Shown here: positions 53,759 through 64,000 of the stretch, one piece after another
Layout: every line of letters begins with the position of its first letter
Position numbering within the stretch: position 1 is the first letter of the stretch
Source of the DNA: Kudoa neothunni
Taxonomy: Eukaryota; Animalia; Cnidaria
Direction of reading: 5' to 3'
Length of the DNA stretch: 64,000 nucleotides
Assembly: GCA_964304625.1 (NCBI GenBank)
Contig: OZ199840.1
Span: forward strand, 3,795,631-3,859,630
The notes under the pieces: model-generated
The model's database searches: none
What the model was told of the DNA's origin: nothing
The model's input: only the letters and a program-made list of their open reading frames with translations
Made by a program: the position numbers and the translations under genes

Positions 53759-56700
53759 GATAAAACTCGGGGATGTATTCTTGTTGCGTGCGCATTATTT
53801 ACAAGCTGTTAAAATTAACTGCTAGCAACGTTGCGTTAATTTTTATTTCATTAAAAAATCATATTTCATGAGTATTTGTAAACCTTGTTTGAAAAACTTT
53901 TTCTAATATTTTATTAGTCAATTAAATAATAATTAATAAAATGTAAAGATCAAAACCTATTAACGTTAATCCTTGCGGGGTCTGCCATAATTTTAAGGTG
54001 AGTCATTAGATCTTAGTTTAAAAAATCACCTCCTACTAATGTAAAAAATGTTAGAATAATTGTATAACATATAGTTCTACATAAGAGAATGAACAATTTG
54101 TTTTCGGGTTTTATCTTTGTAATAAATAAAGTTGGTAAAAGTGTACTTAACGGCTGTTGAAATTCTATATGAAAAGATGAATTTTTATAATATTATTTTT
54201 TGAAATACTTCAAATGTAGGAAATTACACAAAACCTACTAAATATATTATGTGTAGAGTTTTTCTAATTTTCATTGTATACTGGTATTTGTTTCTATAAG
54301 CTTTATTACAATCCTTTATTAGTTCTTAGTTTTTAATTTAAATTATCATAGTATTATTTCTATGTGACTTTGATTAATAATTATATTTTTATAGTATACG
54401 AAATTTTCAAAATTATCATGAATATAAACATGGATACTTGCTAATAAATATAGATTAAAATATAATTAATCATTGTTTAGTTTATAAATTTTTTGTATAG
54501 ACAAATCAAAAGTATTGTGGAAAACAAAATGTGTTTTTAGTTAAAAATTTACACTTGTTTTTTCTTCTATTCACCAAATCTTAATATTGGCACAAAAACC
54601 AATTAATTAATAAAAAAATTATTTTTATTATCTCAATTTTAGTTGACTTAAAAAAAAACTTCAATAATAGGGAAAACACATGATTTATTGTTTTGTAACT
54701 AAATTGCTTAATCTTGGCTACCTGAGAATCATTCCGAAATGTTAAAGTTTAGGTTTAAGAAATGGAATTCTCTAAAACTATACATTATATTATTATAACA
54801 AAATATATTTCAATCTACCTTATATCAACTTATGATTTGAATTTTTTAATTATTTTTAAAAATTTATACTTCAATACCTTCGATTATTGTGACAGCAACA
54901 ATAGATACGTAACTCCTATTAGAATCTAACATTAATATACAGTATTTCAAAATCAACTTGCAACTTTTAACAAAAATATTTTAAATCTTTAAGTTAGAAT
55001 AATATCAGAACCCAGACACCTGGTAAAATGTATTTCAGAATAATTTAACACTCGAACTGAGTCGACAAATTTCACCATAAATGAGTTTGGGGTCATTTCT
55101 GACCTCAGGATAAAAATAGTAGTTTTACGAATAAATTATTTCATCACAACGACAAACATATTAAGATTTTTAAAATATAATCTAATTATAATTTTTTATG
55201 CAATTTTCACATAATGTTACTATATAGGGTTAAACAAAGGTTTCCCACAATTTTAGTATCAAGTTAAACATTTGCTATGATGCTCCCTTGGGAAAATGGA
55301 ACATATTTTCCTTTAAATTAAATCTCATTTTAGCGAAATTTGACTCTGGTTAGTTACCATGTCAATGTCAATGTCATATTCATTTTAAATTTTTTTAACA
55401 ATGATGCAATTAAATATTATTACAGTTGAAAAACGTAATAAAATATTTGTATAAAAGGCGGGTTTAAAAATGTTAATTTTTAATTATGAAGCAAAAAATA
55501 TGATAATTAAATCCAAAAAATCCAATTTAGTACAATATATTATTCGCATTTTAATACTTATTTATAATGATGTTTTAGTTTATAATTTTTTTTAGCGGTT
55601 TTTAATAGTTAAATTTAATCAACAAAGGTTAAACAGAAATATTTAACTTTTTCTAAATTACTTTTTTTCATCATAATGATCAACAAACAAATTGAGAGTT
55701 CAATGTCTCAACGTAGTTTTTTCCCTAATTGTTTATAATTTAATTCATCGATAACAATCTTATTTTCCTAAAAAAATATTATACTAGGAGTTACATAAAA
55801 ATAAAATATTATGGATTTCAGGAAATAAAAAATAAAAATTCTGCACCATACAACCATTAGATTGCGCAGACATAAAAACAAAACTTAATAATGTTTCAAA
55901 ATTAAGATAAAGTATTATTATTTTAAAAAAATGTTATACGCGTGAGTTATTTTTTTATCACATCATTTTAATATTTTATGTAAGGATTAACGAATTTGTT
56001 AATCCATTTGCACCTTTATATACATATCTTGCGAATTTTAGAGAATAGACACTTTAGTTTATTATATATCAATAAAAATTGATTTTAATTGATTCATTAA
56101 ATCGAAAGAAAATAAAATTGAATTATATTCTTATTACTGATTGTTGTTAGTTAGATTCGTCAAAGATTCTATCGTATCACGTATATTTTATTTATCATCA
56201 ATTTGATCGTTGATATTTGGCTCTCAGAGATATATGCATCAAAGAAGTCAATTTCGATTTAGTAATTAAGCTCACGGTTTTCTATATACAATATTTAAAT
56301 ATCATCCACTTTGTTAACATTATTCATTTGTCAAAATTACATCAATAACATTAAATATAATAAAGATATTTTCGAATTTAATCAGCAATTAAAACTCTGC
56401 TTTAATGAAGAAATTTATTTTGTATTTTTATTATCTTTTTTATGAAATAAAATAGAGTTAATTTAACTCTAAAACAATCTAATAATAAAAGCGTAAATTC
56501 ATGTGTTATCAATATAGTTTAAAATCAATGAATCAACTCATATTTAAATAACAACATGTAATCCTGTAAGGAAACTAAAGTGCTAAGAAATTTGTACATG
56601 TGAATAAAAATTAAAATTATAAAAATATTTCTGGTCCACTTTATTGACTATTAGTTCAATTTTTGTTATTTAATAAATTTACCATGAATAATTTTTATTA

Positions 56701-57109
56701 ACAAAAAAATTGAAAAACGTTGAAATCAACGTTTAATTTCGTTCGACACCTTTAACATTATAATCACCAAATAATGATTATACACTTTGATTTGGAGATA
56801 TTGTTATATTTTTAATGATGACTAAAATTAATGCGCGATATCAATTTGTTAGCATTTGTAAAAAAATTTTTTTTAAATAAATAATTCAAAATGTTTCCCT
56901 AATAGCTTAAAAGACTTATAAGATAGAACAGCACTTTATAAAACGATGAAATAATGACACACAACGAAAAGTGCGCAATAACCGTCGTTGACTGTAATAG
57001 GAAATTTAAACTGCATTTCACATAAGCACAAACAACCATTTTGATCACATAAGGTATATATCATATTTAATTCAGCTTATTATTATTATTATTTTAATTC
57101 CAAGCTAAA

Positions 57110-57404
57110 ATGACTGAAATTCGAAAAAAAGTTTATGACGAGAATAGAAAATTTAATGACGCCTGGATAGAAAAATATGATTTTATTCCACCGGGGACGA
57201 ATATTGTTTGCTTGCTATGTTATTCGTTATTCAATTTAAAAAATTTAGTGAACTTGTTGTCTATGAATTATTTTGAATGTTGCGTTTCGAAATTAGTAAA
57301 TTTATCCAGAGTGTGAGCTATAACTTTAGCTTTAAATTTTCTGATCCTGGAAGTTTTCTAAGATTAAAATTTGGCCGGCGGCTCCATAAGTTTGTGCACC
57401 ACTG
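57110..57404 (+). mobile_element. Internally deleted hAT (GTF2IRD2/EPM2AIP1-like) element, right end
   Basis: RKKVYDENRKFNDAWIEKYDF....IVCLLC transposase start; TIR AGTTTGTGCACCACTG ending at 57404. Confidence 0.65.
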
Positions 57405-58548
57405 TTATAGAGTGGGCTACATTATTTGTCTCAGCCCATAATGATAATCTATCAAATATTATCACATAGATATTGAAAATCCAGATTCATCCATAAAAAC
57501 CATATTAGGTAATTTTATGTATTTAATTTCAAATATTCGATCGCACCATTAAAATTTTGAACATAAATGTTTAATAGTTAAAATCCTTGTTCGTTTAGAA
57601 ATATTAATAAGAGAATTTCTCGCTGCAGCTACAAATAAGATTGATTAAACTGGAGAAGAACTCGGCATATCTCCTTGGTGCACCTAACGGTTGCATGTTG
57701 ATCCGAAATCTCGTAGTGACGCGCACGCTAATTGCAAGCCGATCTTAAAACACTGTATATATTATTCATTTTTTTATAAACAAATTCTTAATTTTTCTAA
57801 ATCGTTAATAAATCATAAAAAAGTTGAATTGATTAAATTTAAGTCTTAGACTATAATTTTATAGTAATACATAATGCATTTGTTGAGAAATTCATTGTCT
57901 GAGATATAGCCATTTCCAATATTAAACTTCAAGACGCATATTGTTAGAACCTTCCTACTGCGACTTAAATTCAATAATGAAAATAACTTCCCGTTTTGTG
58001 AATTTACTGTAATTGTATTATGTATAGTGGATATTTAAAAAAATTAATAAATATTACGAAAGATTAGGCGTAAAAAATAAGCTCTAAAATATTATACATG
58101 GGAAAATTTCACAAAACATATATCCCATATTTTAATCGATGTAATAGAAATAAGAAATATCAAAATATTATTCCAATTAAAGGATTAATAATCATACAGA
58201 TTTTAGATTATTATCGAGTATAGAGGAATAAACACATCACGATCATATTTTTGAGGTTTCCTCAACTTATTAGATAACTTTGATAACTGATGCTGCTAAG
58301 AATTTAAATGACTGATGAAAATAATTGTGAGGTAATTTCTAATTACGATCATTAAAAAGGAAATCTTAAAATTATCTGATCATGCGATAGAAAATAATTA
58401 TAATTGAGATCGAGAAAAATAAAGTGCGTGAAATAAATGTACTGATAAGTCTAATAAAATAATCTAGAAAAGTGCATTTAACTAAATAATAATGATGAAA
58501 TAACGGCTGAGGAGCGATTTGGGTTGGCTGGGGGAAATGGTCGTATTT

Positions 58549-61500
58549 TTAGTGTTCATCATTGCAATCGTCGAGTGTTCCAGGGCTTGTAATGTGCTTG
58601 TTATCAAATAATGATTTGCGCATTTTAGACTTAGTGACGTCCGAGTCCTACAACGACATTATGTAAACTCCAATGGAAATACTCATTAATGTAACGCATA
58701 CATGTATGGTCTGTCTGGCGGAACTTTTGGAGCGAGTTTTGTTGAAGGTATCTCTCAATTGAGGTAAATCTTTAAAGCTTTTTTTATTTTTCCTATCAAG
58801 ACATATAAAACGTTAATATAATAAAAAATAATTTACAGCTCATTTTTAGGCATTATTCCTATAATCGATTTTTTTCTGGGTTTAGTGGAAGTTGATGTAT
58901 TATTTGCATCGTTACCAGCTCCTATGATGCTACTTTGGCGTCGTCGTGATTCATTCGAAGACGATGGACCTTCCATTGTTCCTGCTGAAACAATGCTATC
59001 CTAAAAGAAGAATAAATGTATATGACAGTTGGGTGGTATTTTTCGTAATTAATAAAACAGCCAAACTCCAATCAAATAAATACATCTCTAATTATTTGGC
59101 TTCTTTCGGAAAATTCTTGAATATCTCTGTTCATACGTCAAAGTATAACAAGAAGAAAAAGAATGATGAATAAATTACTTTGAGTTATCACCAAGAGAAA
59201 CTCCAAGCTAAATAGAAAATATTAGGTGAATTGGTTATGGTTTGAGTATATCATGAGTGAAGATCATACATATTTTTCCAGCTCGATGCAGACTGTGGAG
59301 AACATTTCAATTAATTTTTCATGAAGACCCGCAATATTCGCATCCATTTTCTGTGAATGCAATACAAGGCCTTCCCTTGTGAGATTCACTTGTTCGATGA
59401 TTGCATCCTTCATTTGTATAACAAAATGGGCATGGCTTGGATTGTTTTTAGGGAATGCTGGGGTTAAGAATGACTATAATTAGGATTAATTGTTTGAGTA
59501 GTTAACTAACTATAATTGATAACTAAAATGAAAATTCATTGGCATTTATCTAATTTATTTCTCCTACTTGCGCTTATCCCTCTAGAAATAATTCGTTCGT
59601 TTAAATTTGAAAGTTATTTAATTAAAAACATAAAATTAGATCTCATTATTTAATTGTAATGTTAAAAAACTCTGAATTAGTTGAAATACTAAAATAAAAA
59701 ATTGCCAGTATTTTCTCCTTCTCCATTTACGACTATTAGACGAGCTATGTATTTACTTCACAATATTTGGAAGTTCCTCCGTTGACTGCAGAGTCGATAA
59801 TACCATTAAGTAACGAACTGAGTTCAGTGAGTTTAGCGTTAGGATCGTTCGCTACTTTCATTATAGTTTTTGATAGAAGGCTGTTTTTCTTTACAATGTC
59901 GTTGATACCAACTTCAATGGGTGAGAGGGTTTTTGTGGTGGTATTCATAATACAAGCCCACTCAGAGAAGCCTGGGAAAGTGAATTCTGTTTCGTAGGTG
60001 ATTTCTTCGACCCATTTTTTCTATCAAACAAAAATTATCAGAACTCTCCTTATTTTTTATAAATATTTTCACATACATCTACTTCTTCGGTGAAGCCTAA
60101 AGGCTTGAACCTCACAAATTTGTTGACTTCATTCACCAAGTAGTAACTAAATCATTATGAATTTATACCCATTAACTGACAACAGTCATTTTAAAATAGT
60201 GATAAGAATTACGCCTTAATATCATCATTTCCATATGGATTATTAATGACTTCATTTTTGCGGGGGATCGCTGTTATACCGACACATAAGATGGCTAAAA
60301 AAGTAAATTCACCTATGTTGAATATCTTTGATATGGAAATACTTTTAGTGTTGGAATTTTTTAACTCCTCACTAATAGCGTTAGTATTTCCGGATACTTC
60401 GGCTTCAGGAAAGTTGGCTTTGAGTTTTTTGATGAGATCTCCCAGTTTTAGGAAGTTCTTTCCACGATGTACAAATGTTTGATTCTATATTCAACGCAAA
60501 GGGTATAAAAAGTGTATTTATTATTCGAAATAAAATTAGATATTTCATATAGACTACATACACGTACTGCCACGTGGAATCCTTGTCCAAAAAATCCAAC
60601 CCAGAAATAATCTGGATCAATTCTCACTTCTTTTTGCACAGACTCATAATATCCCGACATAAGTGCAAGGAGGTTAGCCGAAGCGCTGTAATCCATGTAG
60701 ATGGAATCATATGCTTCGAACATTTCTTTACACAATTGAATACATCTCATGAAGCACTACGAGATAATTTTGACTACCATTAAAAGAAAAAACACGCTAA
60801 TTCCATTAACATACCTGTCCTTGGTAGTAAAATTCGAGACTGTCTCTTAGTAGTGCATCTTTGCGTTGATATTCAACTTGTTCTGGACATGTGTCTGTTT
60901 CAGGCAGATAATTGTTTGTCCACTAGAAAAATTATTATAGTCTCGTTAATCAAAGATTAATATTATATAAAATTAAATGATACACCAAGTAATCGAGACG
61001 TTTCGTAGAGACAACAAGCAGCTTCAATATAATTTTCTTGGGTTTCTTGAAGAGTCGCCAAACGATTAAGACTTCTATCATAGAGATCATTGCGATTAAT
61101 TGATTTATAGAATGCCTATTTATTATATAAAAAATTATAACTAAAACAAGTGTGAAAGCAGTTACAGCAAATTTGTAGGCGCAAACATCTTGAAGTATAT
61201 TCGATAAAAAGCTTTCATTATCGACAAATCTAAATTAATTATTATTTTAGAGTCATGTATGCTTGCTACTAAAAAAATATAGCTACTTGTATTGCGAAAG
61301 GTTCCTAAGAGTATCGGTGATACGAATTATTTTTTGAACGAGAGCACTTTTAACTGATGGGTCTGAGCAGGTTTCGACCAGCCTTTTCATCACCATATCA
61401 AAACGTTTCACATAAGCTTCAATATTCGAACATTTGTCGAGATTTTTATCAATACTATCAATAATGATATTTTCAACTTCGTTAGGATCGTTGGGATTGA

Positions 61501-64000
61501 TCTCAGCGCATTCTTTGAGTAGTGTTTGATAGACCATTGTAAGCGATATATTTCTCAATTCTATTTAGGATACAAAATTAAAAAAAAATATATCGATGAA
61601 TAACAAATGTATATACGGTCTTGATCTATCATAGTTATATCGATGAAAGGAGCAAAGAAACTCTTATAATGATCCACACGTTTGTTTTCCAACTTTTCCC
61701 ACACGACCATCAATATTTTGAGTATTTTGATTCTCATGTCTCCATATCTAAATTAAAATCATTAAAAATGTGACTGCGGTAAATGCGATAACATACGTAG
61801 CTAGAATACGTTCTCTTTTGTAGCCAGCAAAATTTTCCAACTGTAACGCATGATGTTTCAAAAGTGTGAGCAATAGTTCCAACCATTTTTTAAAAAACTA
61901 GATAAAAATGTTTTTATCAAATCCACCACATCAAAAGTAAATATTCGGCCGTACGAGTTTATTGTAGGCAAGGACTTGATCTGATAAAATCAATCCACAG
62001 TAAAATACACATATTTTTGTTACGGCACTTAAACATAATAATAAATTAAGTGATATTTTTCATAAAAAAATTACGAGCAAGCCACCAATGCCAATGAAAA
62101 TTGATTTTTTGAAATTATTTTGAATGACAACGACTTGAGAATAAATTTAATTACAGTGAGAATATTTTTCTACAACCAAATCAAAACAACCTATTTCACA
62201 GTATACATCAAATACAAGTTTGCTTTCTGTGCACATATTTTCATAGTAACAATTAAAGTCGTTCTTATCAATAATAGATAATATGGACAACATCACAGGA
62301 ATAAATCCACTCTTTGGATGTGAATTAGGTGGGAATACTTTAACAACAAAAATACTTGTTTCAACTTTGACACATGTGAAAATGACGACAGTTTTATGAT
62401 GCAAACATTCATGTAATGTAGCAATAAATGATTGATTTTCCTGTTACATTCTGTGGCTGCTTCATCCTTTAAATATTAGAAGAGTTCGGTCGAAAAGTAA
62501 TGAATGGGTGCTTTTTAACTACCTGTTCAGATAATGAAAGGGATTCAACTTTAGCAACCAACTCCTTCATCGGAGGAATATAATGACTAGGATCCTGACA
62601 TTTGTTCACTATTTTTTCCAGCTGTTCAAACAGGAACGGAACGATAGTCATTCTAATTTCTACATAAAAATCATTTCGTAAATTTTATATTTAGGAATCA
62701 ATATGTCGACACCATTAAGAGTTACAATGTTAATTTAAATAAGTAAAATATATAAAATAAATAAAAAACATTTGATATATTATTTATAAAATGATGTCTA
62801 TCAAGATAAATAATTACGAATGTTTTCAATAAGAGGCTGTTGAATTATACAAAGGATAAAACTGGAAGCAATATTCAAGAGGTTGCTACTGGTTATATTA
62901 TTTGATGTGGAGAAACAGTCGGTTATATTATCTGATGACATCAAAGAAAGGTTGATATTTTTGATGAGCTCGGTGAGTTTTTCAATGCTGTAAATTGTCG
63001 AAATAACAGGAAGAATTTTTGGGAGTGCAGAAATAAATTCAACCTATCAATATAATCGATTTTACTTAGATCACATAAAGTTATATTGCAAGTAGAGTTA
63101 TTATATAAGTTTGAGTTATTGGCCACGTTATGTTTAAATCTTTCAACTTAGTAAATTTTCAATGAAAATTTATTTAATCCTGCGAGTAAAACGAGGTATG
63201 TTTCGATCTAAACGAAATTGTGGTGCATATCTCTCAAAAATTATAAGATTTGAGTTATCTGAAATTTTTCCTATTTTTTATTACGTGTTAATCATTTCAG
63301 AATATTTGTTCAAATATTTATTGACCATTTCAGTAAATTTTTATAATTAGAATATTTTCTGAATACAGTTGTGTGTATTTATACACCCAATTTTTGTATT
63401 TTACATAGTTTAGTATAAAATTGGATAATTATTAATCGGCCAAATTGAACAAACTTTTCTATGAATGTGCGCGTATATTTAGAAGAATTAAATATAAAAT
63501 TAATAGTGAGATCGTTTATTATCCTTCAAACAACTTACGTAATAGACAGAAAATATCTTTTCAAAAAAAGATACGTGAAGTATAAATATGGGATTCCAAA
63601 TGAACCAAACTTTAATTTTATTCCAAAGATGCTAGATTTTGGTGTTTTACCAATGAAGGTCAAATTTACTTTAAGAACTAAATTAAATTATTCATCCCAT
63701 TTTCTAAATGTAAATAACTGTATTTAAGTTTTTCGTCTGTTTTAAAAATAAATAGTTAAATATCGTTTTTATTTAAAAAAACCAAAAGAAAAATTTTTTA
63801 ATTTTAAATATACCATATAATGGATTAAGAATTATTCGTAATTATTAAAATGATGTTAAATATAACACTTAGCCTGGCCAATAATAATTTAAAACTGTTT
63901 AGTCCAATTCATATCGGCTAATTTTAATTTCGCCTGGTTTAAATTATTCAATGGGAAATCACCTTGATGGGGAATGTGTAATCGTCATTGGTGGCAAACG
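58549..64000 (-). CDS. Dedicator of cytokinesis Rac GEF, DOCK-B (DOCK3/4)-like; 5' part outside the window
   Basis: Many short exons: RYGDMR, FYKSINRNDLY, NYIEAA, PDYFWVGFFGQGF, NKTFVHRG, YYLVNEVNKF, LSPIE, LNGIIDSAVNGG (cf. DOCK3/4 GVIDAAVNGG). The 3' tail and stop are tentative. Confidence 0.88.

Noticed and set aside
53966-55990. Possible TTAA-flanked piggyBac-like element (TTAATCCTTGC ... GTAAGGATTAA)
   Set aside because: The terminal match is too short in very AT-rich DNA and no transposase trace was seen.

Overview
AT-rich eukaryotic (animal) genomic DNA. Compact clusters of fast-evolving genes with mostly 40-60 nt introns alternate with AT-rich stretches full of decayed DNA transposons (hAT Buster/SPIN-like, Tigger/pogo, piggyBac-like ends, tRNA-like SINE heads). 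The divergence and compaction suggest a reduced parasite genome such as a myxozoan or orthonectid (inference only). Genes reconstructed by hand-splicing: MCM2, POLE4-like histone-fold, BRPF1/peregrin, an NB-ARC-like STAND ATPase with a mitochondrial-type leader plus TM helix, a secreted 4xKunitz protein, a secreted orphan, a secreted SUEL lectin, TMEM272, TSG101, MZT2, ARPC5, RACK1, a transglutaminase-like protein lacking its catalytic Cys, DDX10 and a DOCK3/4-like GEF (partial). Best leads: the membrane/mitochondria-anchored STAND protein with a frameshift-riddled second exon, a secreted-effector island at 30.9-33.4 kb, the pseudo-transglutaminase, a let-7-seed hairpin, MCM2-POLE4 head-to-head pairing, and a BRPF1 with eroded bromodomain/EPC-II. 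Exon boundaries were read by eye and no database searches were run.
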